The notes under the pieces were generated by a model. That model had not been told where the DNA came from. It did no database searches and saw only the letters and a list, made by a program, of their open reading frames with translations. Position numbers and translations under genes: made by a program. A stretch of 64,000 nucleotides of DNA from Balanoglossus misakiensis (lineage: Eukaryota > Animalia > Hemichordata), in contig CM082595.2 of NCBI GenBank assembly GCA_040954595.2, positions 7,732,317 through 7,796,316 on the forward strand, read 5' to 3'. This document shows positions 1 to 12,948 of the stretch, piece by piece. How positions within the stretch are numbered: position 1 is the first letter of the stretch; each line of letters opens with the position of its first letter.

Positions 1-3000
1 ATTTACACCCCAGATGCCCACCAGATAGTTATGTTATCTCGGCGAACATCATTAGGGGGGGGGGGGGGGCTGAATGAACTGGTATAGCACCCACTTATTA
101 TTCAACTTCATAAATTTAAACGCTAATAACGCATACCCATCAGTAAGCTTATTATTCAATTTGAGTTCGAAATTTAAATCTTGAAAATACTATTAATGCA
201 AAACAGTGGCAGCTAATGGGGCTTTGGGCCCAATGTGTCAAATATTCCGGCCAAAGTTAAAGAAGATTTTCGCGTGTTTCGATAAATCTAAATTCAATAC
301 ACTCAGTCGTGCTGTATATTACGCTCCCTCGTTTTGTAATGATCAATTTGCTCAGAGTGTATGAAAATTATTAAAAGCCCAGCAGCAGTGTACTGACGGT
401 TTCAGTACGTGTTGGAGGAGACACAAATTCAAATTTAAGTAGAGATAAAAATATCTTCCCTCAAAATGACAAAAACCGACAAGTGATACAGTTTGTATGT
501 ACTAGTGTATTAGTATTTCGCTTAAGGTTTACCATGCAAGATAGGTACTCCACTGCGAAAATGTTAAGTGGCTCTGCAATCGCCAAATGTTCTCTCAGCA
601 GACTTGAACGAGAAACAGAAACATCTTTAGTATTTGTGTAACCAGAATGGGCGTATTAAACCATTGCGTGTCAAACGTGACTGCATAACCTTGTAATTAC
701 AGGTCTTAGAAAGAAGCCTAATGACTGACTTGGAAGCATGATTGGTAATATTCACACAATTGGACAGAAGACACACTTCAAAGATCAGCAAATATGGCCG
801 CTGAGATGTAGCACCTGGGGGATTCTAACGCTTTCAGTTAGTCTCCACCGTTTATCTGTTTACACAAAATCATACTGTCTGATCAAATAGTAGCTAGTTG
901 GGTTGCTGGATGGTTGTAGCTAGGTACTAGGAGTGATGTAATATGTGTACTTGTGGACATTCGATCTACGGTCTATGATGTAACAAGAAAGGTGCGCTAT
1001 TCACTCAATAATACCGATCATGACGCACACAAAGAAAAGCGCAGTCCCTGCTGTCGGAATCCAAGCCCGTTAATGACTATTCGGGTGCAAGGAAACACTG
1101 ATGACGTTTGTCAGGAATGTTGTAAGGGACTGTAGAAGACAACCGGACAAGACGCCTCTATACACACTCAGCGATGATTGTAAACGGGAGAACGTGGAAG
1201 ATTGAAAAAAAACAATTTCTCGGCATTTTGGAACGTGCATGTAATGTATAGTCAACGAAATGTATTTCTGTATAGAGTTGTGCCGGGTAGCGTGTCCGGA
1301 AAAATTGGGTAGCGAATTCCATATAATATACGTTTGTCTCGCCACGCGAAGAAGTGACATACAGGAAAATATTAATACCTGAACAAAGCATGAAAAGGTC
1401 AGGGTTCAAAGAATGTCTCATATGGTTTTTGATTCCATGGTTAAAGCTTTTCCCCCAACGTAAATATTATTGCTTGATGACACATTAGTTAAATTTGATG
1501 TATTTGTAATAATATCGATGTTCGTCGAATACTGTTTAAAATGTGTATGCCTTTATATCTTGTCTTTTGCCTTTTGCACATGAACAGAACTCGATTCATA
1601 TCTGTTTTTGACGTCATTGGCCCATTTTCGGCTTACGAAGCGCGCTGGGCAACTCAGACGATACCCTAGATAGCATGCCAATACACTCTGGCGCCAACGT
1701 TGACACATCTGTTGAAATTGCCAACGACTTCGTTGAATGATAAACGCGGGTACTTACTAAAGCCATCGACAAGAAGAGAAGGGAGAAACGGATACATTTA
1801 TGTTTACGTCCGGTAATCCGTACGCAAGCCTAAACTATACGGAACATCGTGCGTATTAATCCTATAAAGCTCGCAACGGATATGAAGTGGTTGTGGGAGG
1901 TTGTAAAGTGTGGCACGATCTTGACATTCACGTCAAACACTTACGTCCTCTCTCTGTTTATTCTATCTCAGATAGATATCTCAGAAATAGTCAATCATCA
2001 CTTGTATTATAGGTAGAGAGATGCGAACCGCCCATCCTAGAGTCATATACTGCTGTGGTTTTTCTAACAATCGTTTGTAGCATATTTCTGCTTAATGTAG
2101 TCTAAGAAGTGCGAGGTGCATTCCGCAGATGCCAACACTAATGGGATGACACGTCAGCTTATCACGATGACACAAACATCGATTGCCTAGCAACGAACCT
2201 CGAATCTCTTGATTAATTTCTCAGAAATGACAAACCAAAAGGTACTTAAATTCCAGCAACGGAAATATTTTCAACTTGTGACGAATATGGTCATACGGAA
2301 GAAAAGATTACGGTGTCGATTTACAAAAACGTTTAAATGTATATTTTCTTTACATTACATCACTTTTTACAGCTCCAACAATCACCGCATGTGAAAGCAC
2401 AGAAGAACTCGCAGCGCCCTCACAGAATAAGCAGAAACAACAGGGGCAGAACAGATGGCTTGAACTTAACCATATGCTATCCCCCATCAATCCTTGTTGT
2501 TGTCATATTTGTTATTTACCCGTTGGCCTTTACTTGTGATAGTGATTTCCACACGCATTTGAAACAATTGTTGCGAATTGGTCCTTTAGCCTGATAAATA
2601 GAAAGACAAGGTGAGCAATTGGGAAGCCATCGACGGCCGCCAATGATTTTTCAACCGACGATTTCGCCCTCAAAAACAATGATCGCAGCTCAATAACTAG
2701 GGTCGATGGATGCTCCAAACATTAAAATTCAAGAATACACACACCGATTACAAAAATCTTACCGTTTAAGTCATTAAAAAGACGTTTTTCAGAGCTTGTC
2801 AAACAAAACCCGGTCTTAACTTTCTGTGAAAATGGCCATGCTTGGTCAAAGGTTGTGACCTCACAGGAAATAGCAACCGACGTTTCTGATTGGACGACTG
2901 GTCCGCGAGGGTCAATTTAAAATATTAGTAACTTACTTTTCCTGAATCACAAACTTAGCTATGGCAGAGTATTTTTATTGATAAGTATGAGCTTTAATAT

Positions 3001-5786
3001 TCCAATACCATTTTAGATTCTCTGCGACATTTTCAATGAATAATATTGTATGCCAATCACTTCACCCTACTAAAGAAATATAATTTATGGCCTTGTAAAG
3101 CGACGAACGTGTGATAAAAGGGTGAAATGTGGTTGTCTGCAATTCAATTAAGAAAGCTAATGTCATATTATGGCGCTTTTGTACTTGCGCTTACACGGAC
3201 TCGGGGCGATTAATTCAAACATGAGCAAAGACAATTTTGACGCAGTTACTTCGATCACGGTCACTCCACAGTGACCGTGCTTCAACGGACATTTCCGAAC
3301 TTGTTCTTATTATCAACGATGAATAGCATTGAATATCAGTTCACGGCCTCTCCATGAAATGGCCGAGATCACACCGTTTCAGCACTTCAGTACACATAAT
3401 GTATGATGTTTCAACATTCAGGGCACTTCAAGTATTGACACGGGTTTATAGTTAATTCAGTTTTTACAATGTTATTAGCTCTGCGTACAGGTCTGTGTGT
3501 TCCCGGCGTTACATGGCCTCCACCACAGCTCTGCGTACAGGTCTGTGTGTTCCCGGCGTTACACGGCCTCCACCACAGCCCTGCAAGGTGCCATAGAAAA
3601 AACTGGTGCTTCTGCGGTCCGGATCCGGACCGCAGCTTTTTCGGCCGAAAAATTCGATTTTATCGAAGCAAAATCCTTTCCCTGTCTACTTCTGCCTCCT
3701 AACCGACTCCAAATATGATGCGATTAACTTGTCCTAACGTCCGAACCGCTCGCTTTCTAAAACATTTTTGTGTACCCATGGAGATAAACTCGCTGTAAGC
3801 CTTATATTTAATATGGCGATCTCAACATGTAAACACACAAAAATGAATCAAACGCGAGTGGTTCGGACGTTAGGACAAGTTAATCGCATCATATTTGGAG
3901 TCGGTTAGGAGGCAGAAGTAGACAGGGAAAGGATTTTGCTTCGATAAAATCGAATTTCGGCCGAAAAAGCTGCGGTCCGGATCCGGACCGCAAAAACACC
4001 ATTTTTAGGTCCCATTGGTATAGGCCTATATACCATGGGACCTTATGGGATGGGTTGCGTCTGTATGTATGTATGGATGGATGGATGTATGTATGGATGT
4101 ATGGATGTATGGATGTATGTCTGTATGTCCGTCCACATCAAAAACTTGAAAACCGCTGCGCGTATCACCTCAATATTTGGTGTGTAGGTGCAGGCTGGGC
4201 TGTAGATGGGAGTTTGTCCAAACGAAGTTGCCAGGCCCAAAAATATGCAAATTACACTACAGACTGAATGTCCTGTTCTACCTGGCGCGCCTGCTCCTGA
4301 ACGCAGCAAGCCAGGTGGCTCGCCCTGCTCGCCAGGCCCGGTGAGCGTGCTTGCTGAGCGCGCCAGGCTTGAATCCTGAATATTCATGAGCTACCTGGCT
4401 TGCATGGCCAGCCGGGTCACAGGAAGCGCGCTTGTTTACCTGGCGCGCTAGGCTTGCTCCTTGTCTATGGGCTTCATTATGTGTAGGGAACGCGTAGACC
4501 CACGCTACCCAAAACCACAAGCTCAGTCCCAAATTCGAAACTCACCTCACTACCAAAAACACGCTCAAGGCAAGCATGCACGCAAAAAGTATTGAAATTA
4601 TTTATTAAGACAAAAAACCGTCGACTAGTGGGCTAGTCTACTGGCGCACCGGTTGCGTACCAGCAAGGAAGCAGGTCGGTTTGAACCACAAACACGTTTG
4701 ATTGATCCATAGGGTCTATGATATGATGGCATTTCTGGTTTTTCTAGTCTAGTTGCGCAACCTCCAATTCAGATAAAGAATGCTAGTGGTTCAAAACACT
4801 ATGTACATGCAGTCATTTATGTTCATTTGTAACCTGTGTTTTATGTTACCACAGATGCATACATGTAAAGCATACACGTACAAACTACAGATCAATTGCA
4901 GCAACTTAAAAATGACGAATATCGTAGCACTTCCTGTTTCTTGCTAACAGGGGATTAGCCCTCAGAATCTGTGTGCGTCCACATACTAAACGGACATTGT
5001 TTTGAGATCAACGCCGTCTAATGGCAATGTTTAGGAACACGGCAACTAACAAAAATTGAGGACGTCGAGGACATGTAATTGCAACATATCTCAGTTTCTA
5101 TACCTGGATATGCGTTCTAGACGACTTTGTCGTCTTCTTCATGACCGTTTTGATATCGTTTAGAAGTACTGGATGTTAATCCACGAATCGAAAACGCCTC
5201 GTCTTTTCGGCGATCGAAAGAACCTAAAGTTGGTGGCAGACAGAAGTGTTGCAGACCCGGCTAACCGCGAGTGGCTAGAAAACCACTCGCGTCCAGTTAG
5301 ATTGACTCAACAATGGAAACTGACCCAAGACAATAGGTTACCTAGATAAACATAATCAAAAGTCACCACAGGGTTGTGCTTTGCGTTCTCACTGTATATT
5401 TGCTTCGGTCTGGATCTGAACCACCTGTCATCGCTGTCGAAAATTAACACCGGCGCAGCACAGGCGAAAAGCATTCTCAAATATTTTTCCCGTCGGAGTC
5501 GTATCTGGATCGTTGCTACACCGGTACTACACCGTTGAAAACGTTAATCAATGTACAACTCTCCTTCTCAACATAAGTTTTATTTCAGACTAGGCATTCA
5601 GGGAGGGGCGTTCAATTCACTACGAACAAAATGTGTCCGTTGTTAGTGTTAGTTTTCTTTATTAAGCATTTAAAACACAATTACACTGCATTAGTTGTAC
5701 AAATGCAAGGGAACATTTCCTTTCTGAACGAGAGAATGACAATCCGACAAACATGCTGATAAAGCCCCCCCCCCAAACAAAAAACA

Positions 5787-6846
5787 TCAACGGCGGAGAG
5801 CTTTATCGATTGCCTTGATGCACTGTTTTGACCACACGTCGCGCTCGGCGGATCGCGGAAAATCGTGGGATTATATTACCATGGCCTGTGCGTCGCATTT
5901 TAATTGGTCGAGATGAACGACGTCACTGACCACAAATACCCAGTAATGGTTTGTTTACATGCCCGTAAATCTGAATAGTAATATTAGCAAAGAGTTCAGT
6001 GAATACAACATTTTGCGTAACACAAGTTCCGGGGCCCCTAGTGGGACATTTTCGTAAATTTTGACGGTTTTCTTGATTTTGTTGGTAATATAATGGAAAT
6101 AACCGACTCCGCTCTGACCATAAACGTTTGTTTATGGGCGCGGGCTCGAGGAAAGCCAAAATTCATGGGCTCGGAAGCCTCGCCCATGAATTTTTGGCTT
6201 TCCCCTCGCCCTTGCCCATAAACAAACGTTAATGGTCAGGGCGTCGTCCATTATTTCTAAAATATTTTCGGAAAGTTGCTCCTTCAACTTTCTTAAGCCT
6301 TCTGGGACTTAACTTCAATTTCTGTTTGGTACCCCCAAACACACGCCCTGTGCAAGTACGTCCGGCGCGTTCACTCGGCGAATAAACCATAAACACAAGG
6401 TTCTTGGCAAAGTTGCCTATAGAGCAACTTACGACCTTACACCGGTCTATATATGATTCGGGTATGAGAATATCCCCGGTGATAGGAGGGAACCATAGTG
6501 GAGGCGGAGAAGTCTCAATCATCCCCGCTGTCTGCGGAGACGTGAGAATCGGCTGTACTGCCGGCTGTAGTGTAGTTTGGAACGGTGGTGTAATGTCAGC
6601 GGCTGGGCGTGGTGGGAGTGGTGTTGGTGACAAGGTGGGCGCTGGTGGAATCGGCGGGGGCATGTTCATAGTGCCTGATCGAATAAATTGAACGATCGTT
6701 ACACACATTATTGTCGCGGTGAACGGACGCGCGTATACGTGTTGTCGATCACAGACAACAGTGTGGTCGATACTCTGACTGATTTGTCTTAGTTTCTCTG
6801 TTTGGGAAATGGATGAAGTCACATTATTGTGCTTTGTAAGACGCAA
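5787..6846 (-). pseudogene. BEN-domain protein (Pro-rich linker + C-terminal BEN), split by an insertion
   Basis: ORF 6229-6846 contains SIGNFAKNLVFMVYSPSERAGRTCTG...LSPRRLKKVEGATFRKY (BEN pattern). The missing C-terminal helix HDFPRSAERDVWSKQCIKAIDKALRR* is read at ~5870-5787, beyond the insert. Confidence 0.7.
5872..6263. mobile_element. Non-autonomous palindromic element, Crypton-derived-like
   Basis: Interrupts the BEN frame. Contains a ~130-bp hairpin (6110-6243) centred on GGGCTCGGAAGCCTCGCCC. No TIRs, AT-rich ends. Boundaries approximate. Confidence 0.5.
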
Positions 6847-9800
6847 ATTACAATACTAGTATGTATCTAATATTTGAGTCATAGATTGTTCTTGTTTTCA
6901 TGAGCCTGACACTCAGAACTATGACCCTAGGATCCTAGTGACCGGCGCATCAAATTGTATTTTTAAAACAAACCACAGACAAAAATGTACTGACTTCAGA
7001 AGTTTTTGTTCATTGAGTTCACACATATTTTATTGTACTGACAAACAAAAAGGTGATAACAACCTGAAGAACGTGGCTGGCCGAGCATAAACATGTAACA
7101 CCCGTGGACGCTGGGAGATACATTACAGAGAAAGCGGGTAGATTTTTACTCTGAAACAAAGATAAGCTTTAATAGATGCAGTGTATCACTATTTCCTAAA
7201 TTTACATCACGACCGCGCAACGTAACTGCGGTCCATTGCATGTAAGTGTGCGGGCATCTACACCAAAAACAGCGACACGGTGTCGTTACAATTATTCCAG
7301 CTAAATATAAACACAAGAAAACACGAATCGCGATCTGTGGATTCCCTGGATATGATTTTGAATCTGCAATAGATTGGAGATCATGTTGAGGAAAAAAACT
7401 TGATCGCACAAATTAGTGAAAAATACATTTATGAGGTAGCTGGTACGATCCTACTGACCAAAGGCTACCTCCCGTGGCCCACCCCATTCACACCTGTGAT
7501 TTACTAATGTGCAGGCTAGTCGTCAGTAGGTGTTTTTTTCCTGTTATGCAGATTATTCTTCATTGTCGATTTCATATGAGTATCAATGCGTATGACTGCT
7601 CGCAGTATACTCTCGGGCTTGATTGTTCCGACTTTTTCGTCCCTAATTCTGACTACGTCCGCGACCCTTGTGGAGTGACCGTGATTCAACCAAGCGAAAA
7701 TAGCTACCCATCACTCTAATTATTGCAGCTATGCTAGTTATAAACACAATCGCAATTTTGATCGTGACATAGGCCATATATACTTTTAAATTTAAAAGGA
7801 AAAGGAAACTTTTACCTTTGATGCATTAATTTACGAGCAGTGATTTAAGTGTGAAAAATAAAAGTACGTTCGAAGCCCTCGCTGTTTCTTCTGACAGCGG
7901 TATAGCCTCAGCGGGTTTTCCCGCTCTGCACTCGGATATAAAGCAGAAATTAATGTAAGGAAAATCCACAATGTCTGACAGGTGACAGGTAGTAACTCGG
8001 ATAGAAAGCAGAAATGTAAGGAAAATCCACAATGTCTGACAGGTGGTCAGTTTGTACAATGAGTAACTCTCATGACGAATCCTTTTCGAAAGAGACTGCT
8101 TCAAATTGGGAGAAACAATTAGGTGTTAACGATAATGGCGTTGCTTTGTTGTTTTTTCTGTGCTGAAAGGCATTTTTGTATTGGGGTAAAGAAAATTGTG
8201 TACAAATTATTACACGTCACATTTGTCGACTCCTGTATTTCAAAACACACAGTACCACAAACGAGAGCAAAGTTCGGTCGTATTTAATGTACAAAGGATC
8301 TTTTCCTTTTTGTTGTTGTTGCTCGATAGATCATTATTCAGAAGGTCTATTTGAACATGCACGTCTCTATGGCTTCTCAGTGTACATGTATATATAGACT
8401 GTGCCGTGTCGATGGTTCCTGGTCATTTGTTCGTGTGGCAACGAGTTTCAATAAGTTATATTTGCATATCGAGAGAGTGTGTTCTGCATTAAAGTTTCCG
8501 CCCCAAGCACTAGATTACTGAATAAGTTCAGAGCTGATTCTCGACTTTAGTAGTTCCGACATCGATGCATTTTCCCGTTTTGTTGTTTATTTGTACTTGA
8601 GAACATTTTTATTCTACTCTGATGTGACTTGCTGTATAGTTTGTAACATTTATGTAAACTCAAAATTTTCCCTATTATTTTTCACATTTTCTAAAATAAA
8701 AAAAATGTTACTTCACAATAGTGTCATACATGTATGTGTGCACCTGTATCTAACTCACTGACGGTGAGTTTAAGATCTACTTAAACTGGCATTGAATATG
8801 GCTGGAGTCCATGCAATTGTTTGACAGAATGAACACAAGCTAGACATTTCATAGTTCTTCAGGAGTGCTTTTTTGATGCGGATTGTATGTTGTATGTTGC
8901 ATGGCTCTAGTACCTCCATGCATGGAGGTAGGATGGAAAGGAACTACACCTGCTACTGTTGTTTTTGAGGCAAGTCAGTGATTCCACTTGTTTACCGAGT
9001 AAACACGACTGTTTATTGGCAAGGCTACTCGCATATGGCTGACAACAAAGGGAAATCAATAAAATAAAAGTTTGATACACACGAAGAATGCAATCAGAAC
9101 ACAATATACATTCTACTGTTTTGAGAATATCCATCTAATTTACCAGGCGATGAAACAGGTAGAGAGTCCCTGCGTCAGACCATAGCTACGCACGATTGTA
9201 CAATCATGTAAACAAACATGGCGTACGTCGATCGACGACATCACATCACGTAGAGAGATCGAGTCACAGTCCGATCGAGGTGGTACCTCAGGCAAATGCG
9301 AACGATCTTACATGTTTGCTAACTTTGATGATTAGGTTGCAATGATCAATCTAGGCCCGATCAAGAAGACTGAGCTAGAATTTGTCGTGGTAAACCATGA
9401 CACATTGATTACATCTCGGACACATGCAGACACGCACGAAACGTCTAATATATTCCGACGGGTGACATGCTAGCCCAATTCTTAACTCCAGAGTTCTCAA
9501 ACATGCCTTCTTCTCATTCTAAGACTGGCAGACTTCTCATGTGTTCATTCGGGCCCGCCAAACACAGCAAGCGCAGCGGGCCCATGGGCTAGCTGGGCCC
9601 GGTGGGCCCGAATGCGGGCCCACCAAACACATTTAATTAGCAAGCCCTGCGGGCCCATGGGCCTCCTGGGCCCGGAGGGACCGAGCCCCCTGGCGCGCGC
9701 AGCAAGCCACTGAGCGCGCCCGGCAAGCGCGCCATGTGCAGGACATTCAGTCTGTAGTGTAGCTTGTAAAATGTGAAATATATCAAAACTCTGTAACTCA

Positions 9801-10064
9801 ACAATTACTGGTCAGATTGCTTTGAAAATTGATATGTATGTACCTTATGTCAACCTCACACCGACCTGTAAGTGTTAAGTTGATATCATGGATGTTTTAT
9901 TTTTTATGAATTTTTTAGTCTTTTTATTAAATTTATACCTTTACTTTTACCTGTATGGTTAAGCTATGTCCATTTCTTATTGTGGAATTCTGGTCTGTGC
10001 AATAGTCCTGTACAGAGACTGTCTATTGGCCAGTGAGCACAATGGGGCCAAAATAAAAGGCAAA

Positions 10065-11210
10065 TTTTTGGGCTCACCTGTAACACCTGCTTAACACATT
10101 AATTATGTGCATACCTAATTCCGGGCTAATTAATAGGGCTAGAGGTTTCGTTCTTGTGGGACATGGACCAGTATAGGGTCAAAATTTCTTGCCCAAATTT
10201 TGGGTGACCTCAGGTGACCTTTGACCTACTTTCCTATATCTGGGCATCCAGAGCAGGTACAGACTTGGCGTTTGGAGGGTTGGGACTAAAATTGAAAAGA
10301 AAAAATATGGGTCACCTGTGACACCTGCATATCTCATTAATTATGTGCATACCTAATTCCAGGCTAACCAATAGGGCCATAGGTTTGGTTTTTGTTGAAC
10401 ATGGACCAGTATAGGGTCAAAATTTCTTGCCCAAAGTTTGCATGACCTCAGGTGACCTTTGACCTACTTTTCCATATCTTGGCATCCAGAGCAGGTACAG
10501 ACTTGGCGTTTGGAGGATTGGCACTAAAATTGAGAAGCCAAAATTGGGGGTCACCTGTGACACCTGCATATCTCATTAATTATGTGCATACCTAATTCCA
10601 GGCTAACCAATAAGGCTATAGGTTTGGTTTTTGTTGAACATGGACCAGTATAGGGTCAAAATTTCTTGCCCAAATTTTGCATGACCTCAGGTGACCTTTG
10701 ACCTACTTTACCATATCTTGGCATCCAGAGCAGGTACAGACTTGGCGTTTGGAGGGTTGGCACTAAAATTGAAAAGCCAAAATTGGGGGTCACCTGTGAC
10801 ACCTGCATATCTCATTAATTATGTGCATACCTAATTCCAGGCTAACCAATAGGGCTATAGGTTTGGTTTTTGTTGAACATGGACCAGTATAGGGTCAAAA
10901 TTTCTTGCCCAAATTTTGCATGACCTCGGGTGACCTTTGACCTACTTTTCCATATCTTGGCATCCAGAGCAGGTACAGACTTGGCGTTTGGAGGATTGGC
11001 ACTAAAATTGAGAAGCCAAAATCCGGGGTCACCTGTGACACCTGCATATCTCATTAATTATGTGCATACCTAATTCCAGGCTAACCAATAGGGCTATAGG
11101 TTTAGTTTTTGTTGAACATGGACCAGTATAGGGTCAAAATTTCTTGCCCAAATTTTGCATGACCTCAGGTGACCTTTGACCTACTTTTCCATATCTTGGC
11201 ATCCAGAGCA
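10065..11210. repeat. ~239-bp tandem array, ~4.8 copies, internal to the HINE
   Basis: The motif CCAGAGCA recurs with its GAGCA at 10251, 10489, 10728, 10967 and 11206 (periods 238-239 bp). Copies are near-identical. Confidence 0.95.
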
Positions 11211-12948
11211 GATATGCTTATTGCTATGTTGCTATGTGCTATGTCCTCAAATGGGACCACAGTGTCCTTGACGCTATTTTTTCTATGGCGCCTTGCAGGG
11301 CTGTGGTGGAGGCCGTGTAACGCCGGGAACACACAGACCTGTACGCAGAGCTACAATGTTATATGCTTGACACAGCTGTGTGTTAGAAACCGTCGTCAAG
11401 TGACGTCACTTCGATTCGTATAAGAAGCACCCTGAGTGGATATATTGTTCAGTCAATTCCATTTTGGTACTATGATTCATAAAAAGCCACTACAAGGTTG
11501 CTTGAATATGACACATAAATTTTATTACATGTACAATATCCAATGTGACCTTGAACCTGTCGTTTGACTGCAGACACGCTTTCACGACGAAAAGGTTAGA
11601 GTTCAGCTCAGAGAAGCAACTTTATATTTTTACAAAACAAATACACAGAAAACACCATTGCTGAAGTCATGCTGTGACACACCATATTTTCAAATATGCC
11701 GTTTAGAAAAATATTGAGCGAATGTTAATGGTCAAGAATTAAAAAGATAAATAAGTCTTGGAACTTACAAAGTAGGTATTCGGTACAGCATGGGATAACT
11801 TACAACGGCTATCAGTAAAAAATGAAGAAAATTGGAAATACGAAATTTTTATGCGTGATTTTTGGAAATTGTCATTTGATTACATTGGATAGTATAGCGG
11901 TTGTTGCTATACAGTGCATGGATTGGGTTAAAAAGCCATATTTATGGTAAATGCAAGAAGAAAGGTGGAGTGAAAGCACTACAACATTAACACATTAATT
12001 ACGACACATTTAACAAATTGGACGAATTAAGAATGCTATTAAGGTTCATTCGAGGGCAAAAGTGGTTGGTGAATTGATGACACAGGAGTAATTGCGTGAG
12101 ACACAATGCAAGGCCAAACGTTTTCGTGAATGAAGTTTTGACAGGACCTATATACATGTGTATATTACCAGATGTTCCTGGTCGAGTCCACACTGTACAG
12201 TCAACTTGTAGAGAATCCATTACCCTCGTGAATCACACTGTATGGTCTACATGTGTCATATATACGTGTTTCACACAGACGGAGATTGCGCAGTTTCTGA
12301 GATGAGCCATCTACTTAGTAAGAAAGATTGATGGGCTTGGCAGTTGCCTTTTGGACTTTAAATAACCAAACCACATATATGTTCGTGGTAGGGCACCCTG
12401 GTCCACTTTAAGTCAAACAGAAATAGTAAATGGGCCCTACTATACCAAATTGTAACATTAGCATTATTTAAATGTTAAGTGAACACGATCTACTTTATAA
12501 GTTGTTTACTCGTTATAAATTTTATCCAATATTAAAATATTCCAATGTCGTTCACATCCTTCCGTCCGAAGGGAAACAAACAGAGAAGAGCTCTTGAGAA
12601 TGCACTTCTCATACATTTAATCGTTCGCGAACGATTCATTGGGTGCCAAAACATCTAGTTGAGAGAGTGCACACATATAACTGAGGACGATCTCAACCCG
12701 TGCGCATCCACAGATATGCTTTAGTGAATGGACAGTGTGAAATGGTCGGCGGCGTTTGTAGACTATTTCTTCAGATCAACAGTCTTTTGAATGTTGCTAA
12801 GCATTATGGCCTGATGAGACACAGTCCTCCCAGAGAGGGTATTTATCAACATGCTTAGATGGCGCTGCTATTGTATGGCCCAGGGATTTTGCACGCAGTT
12901 ACAATGAGTGAGGGCGTCTAACGAGTGACAGACAACATCTTCGTCGCG

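Larger units (their letters stand above)
4255..9759. mobile_element. CACTA/EnSpm-type DNA transposon, non-autonomous
   Basis: TIRs CACTACAGACTGAATGTCCTG (4255) / CAGGACATTCAGTCTGTAGTG (9759), 2-bp TA TSD, GC-rich subterminal repeats (GGCGCGCC, GGGCCC) at both ends. No transposase recognised. Confidence 0.8.
4005..11277 (+). mobile_element. Non-autonomous Helentron-type element (HINE/DINE-1/pearl-like)
   Basis: Inserted in a T-run. 5' palindrome AGGTCCCATTGGTATAGGCCTATATACCATGGGACCT, then a (TGTA/TGGA)n-GTCC microsatellite (4060-4135), an internal ~239-bp tandem array, a subterminal inverted copy AATGGGACC (~11250) and a 3' hairpin AGTGTC-CTT-GACGCT. This is the HINE layout. Confidence 0.7.
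3476..11353. mobile_element. Foldback MITE, AcademH-like (TAG...CTA ends, 9-bp TSD), enlarged by nested insertions
   Basis: Ends TAGCTCTGCGTACAGGTCTGTGTGTTCCCGGCGTTAC (3476) and its reverse complement (ending 11353). Flanked by direct repeat CAATGTTAT (3467-3475 / 11354-11362). Removing 4005-11277 leaves a near-perfect palindrome of about 0.6 kb (core hairpin ~3600-4005), with a ~50-bp tandem duplication in the left TIR. Superfamily assignment is inferred from the termini and TSD length. Confidence 0.8.

Noticed and set aside
1-3460. Short ORFs and possible exon fragments
   Set aside because: No recognisable domain or consistent splice chain.
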